DNA of 64,000 nt, taken from contig OY760142.1 in NCBI GenBank assembly GCA_963663225.1, forward strand, positions 1,248,001 to 1,312,000, read 5' to 3'. Positions 9,658 through 17,507 of the stretch are shown here, in pieces (position 1 is the first letter of the stretch; each line of letters opens with the position of its first letter). This DNA is from Nitrospirota bacterium. Its GTDB lineage: Bacteria; Nitrospirota; UBA9217. A model generated the notes under the pieces. That model was not told the DNA's origin. It did no database searches and saw only the letters and a program-made list of their open reading frames with translations. A program made the translations under genes and the position numbers.

Positions 9658-10287
9658 CTACAGATGCTGCCAAGCAGTTGCCTGAACAAACCGGGAAAGT
9701 CCGTCTTTCTGCGATGAATCGGCACAAAACTCTGCCATGATCTGCGGAAAGAAGGAGTGGAAATGGTTCTGGAGGGAATCGTAGTTCTGCTCCAGCTCTT
9801 CGATGGCCGAGTCCAAAGGATTTTCATGCCGCAGCCTTCGGGAGATTCTTCTGAATGTCCGGTCGATGCTTTCCACGGACCGGTAGCTTCGCAGCCAGTC
9901 TTCGTGGACCATCTTCTCGATCACCAATGGCACCGGGTGGGGGACAGCCACGCGATGCCGGCCCAGGTTTTCATAAACCCGCCCAACGAACTCATCAAGC
10001 GTTAAGGAGTTGTATCGGTCCCAGTTCGTTGCCAGAAAGTGGTCATAGGCCACGTCGATGATGATGCCCGCGTAGCGCCGCCGGGAGTCGCTCACAAGCC
10101 GGCGGCTCGCGGCAAAGACTTCGTGCGAGTCCGTAAAGAAGTCCACTCTGCGGTGATTGCGGATGCCTTCTGCCACTTCGCGAGGAAAGCGTCCCTCCAC
10201 GTTGCCTTTTACAAAATCGGCAAGAAGGTTCCCCAGCATCGAAGCAGGGGTGTCGTTGCTGCAGAGCATGTGGGCGAGGTAGTTCAT
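9658..10287 (-). CDS. acpH: Acyl carrier protein phosphodiesterase (AcpH family)
   Basis: MNYLAH, GNLLADFVKG, HRRVDFFTDSH, DVAYDHFLA, DWLRSY. Confidence 0.88.
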   Translation of the reverse strand: MNYLAHMLCSNDTPASMLGNLLADFVKGNVEGRFPREVAEGIRNHRRVDFFTDSHEVFAASRRLVSDSRRRYAGIIIDVAYDHFLATNWDRYNSLTLDEFVGRVYENLGRHRVAVPHPVPLVIEKMVHEDWLRSYRSVESIDRTFRRISRRLRHENPLDSAIEELEQNYDSLQNHFHSFFPQIMAEFCADSSQKDGLSRFVQATAWQHL

Positions 10288-10413
10288 GGAGTGTGAAGGA
10301 GTATACGATTGAAGAGAGGAAAAAGTCAATCCCTGCGACACGGAGTTTTTGAAAAGAGAGAGGTACACAGTAAGCAGCAATGCAGGATGCATATAACGCC
10401 GGCGTAAAATAAC

Positions 10414-10442
10414 TTTACAGGGCCGGGAAAGGAAATTATAAT
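10414..10442 (+). promoter_or_regulatory. sigma70 promoter of second caspase-like gene
   Basis: TTTACA-17 nt-TATAAT. Confidence 0.6.
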
Positions 10443-10542
10443 ATTTCTTAAAAAGTGCGGGCTGCTATTGCGTGCTTGGTTTTTAGAGAGACAATGCATG
10501 CTGGTTGTCCGTCAAACGCAACGATCCGCCAGGGGGCAGGTT

Positions 10543-11910
10543 ATGAACAGAACGCGTAAGATATCCTCAATCAGTGTGATCCTGATGGTGCTAGCGGCCG
10601 TTGTGCTCAGCGGGTGCGCCACGTCCCGCACGGTCATGATCGCGCCCATCGATTCTGCGTCAAAGAGCCTGGTTCCCGTGCCGTTTTCGGTGCACGTGGA
10701 AATTCGGGGGGTCAAGGAGGAAAATCCAAATCCAGTGACCCCGATCGCTGTAGACAAGGAATCGTTGAAGAGGATGATCGTACGGTATCTCGCGGCCCGC
10801 TCGACGTTCGACCGTGTTTTGGACGGTCTTGCGGACAGCGTGCTGAACATTGACGTCACCTACCACGTGCGGCAAGGCAATTTTTTTGACTACGTCGCGA
10901 ATTTGAAGGCGGCGTTGATTTCGAAGGACGGGCGCGATCTCGGTTCGTTTACAGGACAAAGCACTGTACGAGGCGGCATGACGAGGTTTTCCGCGAGCGC
11001 CGACGTCGAGCCGATGAACAGCGCTATGGCGCAGGCAATTGAAAATCTCTGCCTGAGGATCGAAGAGAACCGTCCGCTGATCCTGGCAAAGCTTGGTCGG
11101 CAGGATGCTCTTCCTCTGGCAGCAAAACCCCTCATCAGATCCGATGTCGATGACATCCAGATCACAAAATCGAAACCGAACCCCAGCGCGTACGCCGTTG
11201 TCATCGGCATCGAGCAGTACCGACAGAAATTACCCGCGGCGGATTTTGCCGTGAGCGACGCGCAGACCGTGACCGACTACCTGACGAAAGCCATGGGGTA
11301 TCCGGCGGAAAACATCATTACCCTCACAAATGACCGGGCGGCGTTGGGGGATTTTGTAAAATACATCGAGCGATGGCTCCCGAACAATGTAGAACATGGG
11401 AGTACCGTTTTCATCTACTATTCGGGACACGGGGCTCCCAACACCAAGACGGGGGATGCTTATCTTGTTCCCTATGACGGCGACCCGACGTTTATCGCGG
11501 AGACGGGTTATTCGCTGAAGAGAATGTACGACGCCCTGGGAAAGCTACCGGCCAAGGAAATCATTGTTGCGCTCGATTCATGCTTCTCGGGCGCGGGCGG
11601 CAGATCGGTCCTTGCGAAAGGCGCCCGGCCTCTTGTCATGAATCTCAAGCATGACGCAGTAATGGCAAAAAACATAACCATTCTTGCTGCTTCCTCGGGC
11701 GAACAGATCAGCTCGACCTATGACGAGAAGGGCCACGGTCTCTTTACCTACTTTTTGCTCAAGGGAATCAAGAATGAGAATGTCGTAAACCAGGACGGCT
11801 CGCTCGCTGTACAGGATCTGTTCAGCTACATGAGGCCTCAAGTGGAGCGGATAGCCAGAAAACAGTATAACAATGAACAGATACCGCAAATGATCGGGCC
11901 GAATAGATGA
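10543..11910 (+). CDS. Lipoprotein with unknown N-terminal domain and C-terminal caspase-like (peptidase C14) domain
   Basis: Lipobox VLSGC; YSGHG and LDSCFSG dyad; C-terminal domain closely similar to 4739-6052. Confidence 0.88.
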   Translation: MNRTRKISSISVILMVLAAVVLSGCATSRTVMIAPIDSASKSLVPVPFSVHVEIRGVKEENPNPVTPIAVDKESLKRMIVRYLAARSTFDRVLDGLADSVLNIDVTYHVRQGNFFDYVANLKAALISKDGRDLGSFTGQSTVRGGMTRFSASADVEPMNSAMAQAIENLCLRIEENRPLILAKLGRQDALPLAAKPLIRSDVDDIQITKSKPNPSAYAVVIGIEQYRQKLPAADFAVSDAQTVTDYLTKAMGYPAENIITLTNDRAALGDFVKYIERWLPNNVEHGSTVFIYYSGHGAPNTKTGDAYLVPYDGDPTFIAETGYSLKRMYDALGKLPAKEIIVALDSCFSGAGGRSVLAKGARPLVMNLKHDAVMAKNITILAASSGEQISSTYDEKGHGLFTYFLLKGIKNENVVNQDGSLAVQDLFSYMRPQVERIARKQYNNEQIPQMIGPNR

Positions 11911-12041
11911 TGAAGGCTTTTGCGGCAAGGGTCACTTATGAACTCACGTCCGCAGGGAGCGCGATTGTCGAAAAGTTTGCGGCGGACCAGTCCCACGAGA
12001 TGTAGCAGGAATATGACAGCGTTTTGTGTCCATGGCTAGCT

Positions 12042-12446
12042 ATGAACGAAAGACCCTTTCTGACAGTTGACTGCGTTATGTTTCATAACAGCACAGTCGT
12101 CCTTATTCGGCGGGCATACGAACCGTTCAAGGGATGGTACGCGCTGCCCGGCGGTTTTGTGGAAGCCGGGGAGACCGTCGAGGAGGCGTGCCGCCGCGAG
12201 ACGCGCGAGGAAACCGGCCTCATCGTCAAAGACCTGCGGTTGATCGGTGTTTATTCCGACCCCGCGAGAGACCCCCGCAGGCACACCGTCTCCGTGGCTT
12301 TTCTCGGCGAGGCTGACATCTCTTCCCTCAAGGCGGGTGACGACGCGAGCGCAGCGGAGCTGGTTGTTGACTGGCAGCATGCCGAGATAGCGTTCGATCA
12401 CAAGAAAATACTGCACGATGCATGGCGGTTGCATAATCGACGGTAA
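12042..12446 (+). CDS. NUDIX hydrolase (ADP-ribose pyrophosphatase-like)
   Basis: Nudix box GGFVEAGETVEEACRRETREETG; YSDPARDPRRH, AGDDA, IAFDHKKIL. Confidence 0.93.
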   Translation: MNERPFLTVDCVMFHNSTVVLIRRAYEPFKGWYALPGGFVEAGETVEEACRRETREETGLIVKDLRLIGVYSDPARDPRRHTVSVAFLGEADISSLKAGDDASAAELVVDWQHAEIAFDHKKILHDAWRLHNRR

Positions 12447-12732
12447 TAACTATTAATTTTTTTTGTTACCTTTCTTGCTTGCTCCAAGAAAGGTAACCCA
12501 ATCCCCTGCGACATATGATTCCGGCTTTGGCCGGAGTCGGGTTAGTCGCGGGGAGGTCGCATTATCAAGAGCCTTCGGCTCATAAGGTTCTCCTCAGAAG
12601 GGCACCCGGCGAACATTCTGGTCCGTCATCCTCAATCGCCCTCAGTACATTTCGGAAATAGTCTGTATTCGCGCTACGCACTCATAACCACTGGCCACGA
12701 GCTCAATCGTCTGGCGGGAATGTTCGTATGGG
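12384..12732. repeat. Direct repeat copy 1: NUDIX 3' end plus structured intergenic element (carries a 94-nt insertion at 12502-12595)
   Basis: Aligns by eye with 14118-14419; 13-bp perfect hairpin GTTACCTTTCTTG-N7-CAAGAAAGGTAAC at 12465-12497. Confidence 0.85.
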
Positions 12733-12771
12733 GAGGCCCTTGTGTGCAGCCCCATCCGCCCTCTATCACCC

Positions 12772-12798
12772 TAAAGTAATCCACCAATTTGCCGATAA
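12772..12798 (+). promoter_or_regulatory. sigma28 (FliA) promoter of flagellin
   Basis: TAAA-N15-GCCGATAA, an exact consensus match 120 nt upstream of the flagellin ATG. Confidence 0.9.
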
Positions 12799-12918
12799 GC
12801 ATAGCAGCAAGAGCAAAACACGGGATTCGTGTGCTTTTTTTTAATTAGTTACGCGAAAGTTCGCAACGATATTAGAAATCGGGCGTGATTGTTCTGCCAA
12901 GAGGTCGAGGCCAGGGAA

Positions 12919-14103
12919 ATGGGCATCAATGACATATCGCTGACAACGGGAATGAGGTCGAATCTCATCAGCCTGCAGAAGACGTCAAGTCTCCTGAACA
13001 GGACACAGGAGCGTCTTGCCACCGGCAAGAAAGTGAACACCGCCCTTGATAATCCCACCAGCTTTTTCGCGGCCCAGACGCTCAATATGCGTGCCTCCAA
13101 TCTGACGGGCCTGAAAGACTCTATGTCGAACGCGGTCAGCACCATTCAGGCCGCGAACGACGGCATAACAGGCATTACCAGGCTGATCGATGCTGCAAAA
13201 GGCCTGGCCCAGTCTGCGCTTGCCACGTCCGACACGACCGCGATCAACTCATACGCTGCGCAGTTCGATACAATTTTGGGCCAGATCACGCAGATGGGCG
13301 GCGATTCGGGCTATTCCGGCACCAACTTCCTCGCTTCCCAGAACCTGACCGTCATCTTCGACAGCACGAGCGGGAATTCACTCCAGATCAACGGGTTCAA
13401 CGGCTCGAGCACCGGGCTCGGCCTGCACGCGGCGAATACGGCAAGCAGCACACAAACCGTCACGAGCACGGTCACAACTCTCCAGACGGCAACAGTGTCA
13501 AGTTATGACTCCATCTATCACATTGTCAAGCTCGGCTCCGGCACAGTATCGGCCGCGCTGGGAAATCTTATGAACGCAAATCCGTTCAACTACCGGATAG
13601 TCGATTCCGTGACAGGAGCAATCGCAACCGGCGATTCCGTGGATGCTATGGGCTATCAGCCGCCTTCCATTGGTGGAGACTATTGGGCCCTGGTGGTGTC
13701 CGGCACGTTTCACATCGGCGACGCGGTCACGATTCAGTACGACGCGAGCGGTTTCAACCACACGACCGGCGCGCCGAACTCCCTAACCGTAACCACGCCC
13801 GGCAGCAACTCCTGGCTCGCTTCCGGCGGCATACAGGCTTCGATAAACGAGTTGAATTCCGCCGTGACCACCCTCCAGAACTATTCAGCCGGCCTTTCAT
13901 CCAACCTGAGCATTGTTACGACGCGCGAGGATTTCACGACCAGCATGGTCAATGACCTGCAGGTCGGAGTCGACGAGCTTACCCTTGCCGACATGAACCA
14001 GGAAGGGGCCAGCATGCTGATGCTCCAGACCAGGGAATCGCTCGGCACCACCTCGCTCAGCCTCTCGTCACAGGCGGCCCAGACAGTCCTCGATCTCTTC
14101 TGA
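12919..14103 (+). CDS. fliC: Flagellin (DISLT..MRSNL N-terminal type)
   Basis: N-term TQERLATGKKVNTALDNP; C-term LADMNQEGASMLMLQTRESLGTTSLSLSSQAAQTVLDLF; Ser/Thr-rich variable centre; sigma28 promoter. Confidence 0.9.
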   Translation: MGINDISLTTGMRSNLISLQKTSSLLNRTQERLATGKKVNTALDNPTSFFAAQTLNMRASNLTGLKDSMSNAVSTIQAANDGITGITRLIDAAKGLAQSALATSDTTAINSYAAQFDTILGQITQMGGDSGYSGTNFLASQNLTVIFDSTSGNSLQINGFNGSSTGLGLHAANTASSTQTVTSTVTTLQTATVSSYDSIYHIVKLGSGTVSAALGNLMNANPFNYRIVDSVTGAIATGDSVDAMGYQPPSIGGDYWALVVSGTFHIGDAVTIQYDASGFNHTTGAPNSLTVTTPGSNSWLASGGIQASINELNSAVTTLQNYSAGLSSNLSIVTTREDFTTSMVNDLQVGVDELTLADMNQEGASMLMLQTRESLGTTSLSLSSQAAQTVLDLF

Positions 14104-14117
14104 ACAAATCGCTTTCT

Positions 14118-14419
14118 CAGATAGCGTTTAATCACGAACAAATTTTGAATAACGCGTGGCGGTTGCCTAAACAACGGTAACAAGATATTGATTTCTTTTT
14201 GTCACCTTTCTTGCTCGCTCCAAGAAAGGTAACCCAAAGAAGGGCGCCCGGCGAAAATCCTTTACGGCTGACTCGGTCGTCCTCGGTACATTTCGGAAAT
14301 AGCCTGCATTCGCGCAGTGCACTCATAAACGCTGGCTACAGGCTCGCCAACCTTTGGGCTCAAACAGTCCGAAATGTTTAACCCTCGTCCTCGGTCGTCC
14401 GCCTATATTTTCGCATGGG
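14118..14419. repeat. Direct repeat copy 2: NUDIX 3' remnant (14118-14180) plus structured intergenic element
   Basis: Reads QIAFNHEQILNNAWRLPKQR* versus NUDIX EIAFDHKKILHDAWRLHNRR*; hairpin at 14201-14233; stem ACATTTCGGA/TCCGAAATGT. Confidence 0.85.
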
Positions 14420-14532
14420 TTTTATCACAGGCCTTGCACACCATTGTCCTTCGGCTAAGGAACCTCTTGTGTGCTCAAGAAAAACATGCTGATCTGAAGA
14501 CTCACGCCACCTTGCCGGAAAGCGCTCCCTCC

Positions 14533-14561
14533 TTGACAGTGTGCTTGCTTGCCCCTATACT
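14533..14561 (+). promoter_or_regulatory. sigma70 promoter
   Basis: TTGACA-17 nt-TATACT upstream of 14632. Confidence 0.7.
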
Positions 14562-14631
14562 CAAATAAGCCTTCCGCGATAGCTCCTGTTCTCGCAAAAA
14601 TTTCACCCCAGCGCCAAAAGAGGATATTGCC

Positions 14632-15591
14632 ATGGCACAAGACCTGACCGCGCGATTCCGAACATTTTTCCCGCTGTTTATTATCACGCTTCTGATACTG
14701 GCTCAAGCCTGCTCTTCGGTGCCGCTTATGCAAAGCGATGATCCTGACGATCGGCTGAAGGGAATCAGGAAAGAGGCCGAAAATATCCGCTCTCTGGGCG
14801 AGCGCTATTGGATTCGGTCTCTGAGTTTCTGGGACAAAAATGACATCGTCAAGAGACTGAATGCATCAGGCGGAGACCTGGGCCGGTTAAGCCGACAAGA
14901 CAAGGACACCCGCGTCAGGACTGCCGCTGAACAGCAGTTGGCGGAATTGTTCAAAAGTGAAAATCCCCTTATCCGCCTCGTTGCCTTCCGCGAGATCAGA
15001 AATCAGCAAACCATTCAACAGGCTGTCCGGAATGACGCGTTGATAGAAGTGCGCTGCATCGCGGCTGCGCGGTTGAAAGATCCCAAGCTGCTGGAGGAGA
15101 TTTCCCGAACAGAGGGCGTAGTCGGCAGGATCGCGCGCGTCCAGCTCGGATTAACAGATCCCGTTGTTCAAAAACACCTGACCCACGAACCGGACATAAC
15201 CGTGGAAAGTGAAACAAAATATAGTAGATTTAATGAAGCATTAACGGAAGGCTATTTTGTGACCATTACCATTAAGGCCGGAGAGAAAGTTCTTGCCAAA
15301 GGAGAAGATTATTCGACCTTGAAAACGAGAACGCCGATGGCTCCCGGCCAGATGACGGTATTTGCCGTCGGATATCCCGTAGGCGGGAGCGATGTCATCG
15401 CCAAGATAAAAGCAACCGAGGGCCAGCAGAAGGGAGCAGTCAAGCGGGTCGAGCTGAATCCGCCGGAGATACTGTACAATGTTCTAATGAATTTATCTCT
15501 CCCGACTGCCGGCGCGAACGAAATCATCCGCGCGAGCGGCAGCGATGATCTGAAGCAGGCAGCTCTTCGCTATGTGAAGAACAGCAAATAG
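14632..15591 (+). CDS. Hypothetical lipoprotein with HEAT-like helical repeats
   Basis: Lipobox LAQAC; DKDTRVRTAA, ENPLIRLVAF, DALIEVRCIAA repeats; RBS GAGGA. Confidence 0.7.
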   Translation: MAQDLTARFRTFFPLFIITLLILAQACSSVPLMQSDDPDDRLKGIRKEAENIRSLGERYWIRSLSFWDKNDIVKRLNASGGDLGRLSRQDKDTRVRTAAEQQLAELFKSENPLIRLVAFREIRNQQTIQQAVRNDALIEVRCIAAARLKDPKLLEEISRTEGVVGRIARVQLGLTDPVVQKHLTHEPDITVESETKYSRFNEALTEGYFVTITIKAGEKVLAKGEDYSTLKTRTPMAPGQMTVFAVGYPVGGSDVIAKIKATEGQQKGAVKRVELNPPEILYNVLMNLSLPTAGANEIIRASGSDDLKQAALRYVKNSK

Positions 15592-15637
15592 ACAAATCCT
15601 TTCCTGATGCTGATTGTTCCTGTAAAGGGGTCATGGT

Positions 15638-16120
15638 ATGGAAATCAGATTGGCTCAGATAATAAAAACATGTAATAGATTCCTCATGCGAGGCATTCCC
15701 ACGGCAGTTCTTATTCTGCTTTTTGCAATGCTCACCTCCTGCGGCTCGACGTATCGGATATATCAGGGCGATCCCCTGCCCCCGGATAAAATCGGCATTC
15801 TGAAAATTCCCGGTGGCATTGATACCACGGAAACAGTCCGCATCAAAGTGGTCGACGGCGTGAGGCGGGGAAATTTCTACGGCAGCCTTTGGGATGGCAG
15901 CGGGCAGATAGAATTTATGCCGGGAAAACATTCGATTACTGTCTATGTCTGGCTTCGGGGATATCAGAGTTTTGAGCGGCGGCTGGATTTCATTGTTGAG
16001 GCCGGGAAAACGTATGTTGTCAGGCATGAACGCGTCAGTGGTATTGCAGGAACTTATTACGAACTCAAGGTTGAGGATGAGACGGTGAAAAAGGAGAAGT
16101 ATAAAATCGAGCCTTATTAG
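15638..16120 (+). CDS. Hypothetical lipoprotein
   Basis: Lipobox LTSC; beta-rich domain (IEFMPGKHSITV, VEAGKTYVV). Alternative start at 15686. Confidence 0.7.
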   Translation: MEIRLAQIIKTCNRFLMRGIPTAVLILLFAMLTSCGSTYRIYQGDPLPPDKIGILKIPGGIDTTETVRIKVVDGVRRGNFYGSLWDGSGQIEFMPGKHSITVYVWLRGYQSFERRLDFIVEAGKTYVVRHERVSGIAGTYYELKVEDETVKKEKYKIEPY

Positions 16121-16171
16121 CAGGTGATGACGTGAGCGCATTGATGATGATTGTAGATTGGCAGCATACGG
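16120..16171 (+). pseudogene. NUDIX 3' remnant
   Basis: Reads AGDDVSALMMIVDWQHT versus NUDIX AGDDASAAELVVDWQHA. Confidence 0.75.
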
Positions 16172-16239
16172 TAAACCGCTCGGACGAGGCGCGCAGCACG
16201 CAATGAAGTTTCACAGAACCACTGCATATCAGCAATAAG

Positions 16240-16357
16240 AAACTTAGTTGATGTGCTTTTGCTCGGAAGGCATGTTGCTGAAAAATCAAGAGGACACGTG
16301 GGACACAGCATAGGTTGCTTCAGGATTGTCAATAACTACAGATTCAAGTCTGACTCT
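16240..16357. repeat. Diverged ~120-nt spacer, copy A (homologue at 17381-17495)
   Basis: Shared blocks TGCTTTT, GTTGCT, AAGAG, GTGGGAC, TAGGTTGC and terminal AAG..TGAC. Confidence 0.7.
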
Positions 16358-16378
16358 ATACACCCCCAAGGGCGATGA

Positions 16379-16855
16379 ATGAAAAGCTACGCATCAATAA
16401 GGAAAGCAATTAGTGCCGATCTGCCAGCTATCGGGGAGCTCTGGAAAGAGTTCATTGATTTCCATAAAAAACGCGATCCACATTTTACCCGCGCAGCCGA
16501 CGGCCATGAGGTGTTCAAGGAGTTCATATCCGGTCACATGACGGCAGAGACATCGTGTGTTCTGGTCGCCGAGCAGGACGGTGAAGCAGTAGGTTACTGT
16601 CTTGCAACATTGGCCAAGCATCCGCCGGTGTTCGAGAATCAGGATTATGGAATGGTGTGCGATCTTGCCGTGACCGAACGGTGCCGGAGAAACGGCATCG
16701 GCGAGAGACTGTTCCGCGCGGTACAGACATGGTTTGTGGACTGCGGTATTCACCGGATCGAACTTCGGGTCGTCGTGGCCAATGAGACTTCCACGGCATT
16801 CTGGCGGAAGATGGGGCTTAATCCCTACATTACAACTGTTTTCAAAAGTATCTGA
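16379..16855 (+). CDS. GNAT family N-acetyltransferase
   Basis: IRKAISADL, VLVAEQDGEAVGY, acetyl-CoA motif DLAVTERCRRNGIG, N..STAFWRKMG. Confidence 0.9.
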   Translation: MKSYASIRKAISADLPAIGELWKEFIDFHKKRDPHFTRAADGHEVFKEFISGHMTAETSCVLVAEQDGEAVGYCLATLAKHPPVFENQDYGMVCDLAVTERCRRNGIGERLFRAVQTWFVDCGIHRIELRVVVANETSTAFWRKMGLNPYITTVFKSI

Positions 16856-16933
16856 CAGCGGAGTAATGAAGGTCAACGCTTTACTGATGGCACTGATGTC
16901 GACAATAAAGATTTGACCCCAAAGATGATAAGT

Positions 16934-17236
16934 ATTGATACCACGGAAACAGTTCGCATCAAAGTGGTCGACGGCGTGAGACGGGGGAATTTTTACGGCA
17001 GCCTCTGGGACGGCAGCGGGCAAATAGAATTTATGCCGGGAAAACATTCGATCATTGTCTATGTCTGGCTTCAGGGGTATCAGAGTTTTGAGCGGAGGCT
17101 GGATTTTACAGTTGAGGCAGGAAAAACCTATGTTGTCAGGCATGAACGCGTCAGCGGTATTGCAGGAACTTTTTACGAACTCAAGGTTGAGGATGAGACG
17201 GTGAAAAAGGAGAAGTATAATATAGAGGCTTACTAG
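16934..17236 (+). pseudogene. 5'-truncated duplicate of lipoprotein gene 15638-16120
   Basis: Near-identical to 15818-16120 (IDTTETVRIKVVDG...), without signal peptide or lipobox. Confidence 0.85.
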
Positions 17237-17352
17237 CAGGAGCGGTTGAGGATAGCGGAGTTAATTGTAGATTAGCAACATGCTGAGATAGCTTCGGATC
17301 ATAAAAAAAATTTTAACGACACGACGCGTGGCGAATGCAAAATCAATGGTAA
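17236..17352 (+). pseudogene. NUDIX 3' remnant with stop and frameshift
   Basis: Reads AELIVD*QHAEIASDHKK / HDAWRMQNQW* versus AELVVDWQHAEIAFDHKKILHDAWRLHNRR*. Confidence 0.8.
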
Positions 17353-17380
17353 GGGAATTAACAGGAACATTTAACTCAAT

Positions 17381-17495
17381 AACTAAAGTGATTTGCTTTT
17401 TGGTCGAAAAGCAAGTTGCTATAAAATTAAGAGAACAAGTGGGACTGAACGTCCCGCTAGGTTGCGTGAGAATACTAAAATAAAGATTTGACACT
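17381..17495. repeat. Diverged ~120-nt spacer, copy B
   Basis: Homologous to 16240-16357; ends in AATAAAGATTTGAC, identical to 16904-16917. Confidence 0.7.
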
Positions 17496-17507
17496 ATTTG
17501 GACTGAT

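Noticed and set aside
12502-12595. Known self-cleaving ribozyme or riboswitch
   Set aside because: Hairpins are present, but I could not identify the conserved core of a hammerhead, HDV, twister or known riboswitch.
16850-16920. Integron attC site after the GNAT gene (TCTGACA resembles an inverse core)
   Set aside because: No matching GTTRRRY core or attC-like hairpin downstream, and no intI in the window.
16117-17494. Minus-strand small ORFs 16117-16332 and 17261-17494 as paralogous peptides
   Set aside because: Their similarity is explained by the duplicated non-coding spacer and NUDIX remnants on the plus strand.
12300-17500. CRISPR array as explanation for the repeats
   Set aside because: The repeats are long, diverged and separated by whole genes; no 25-45 nt repeat-spacer periodicity and no cas genes.
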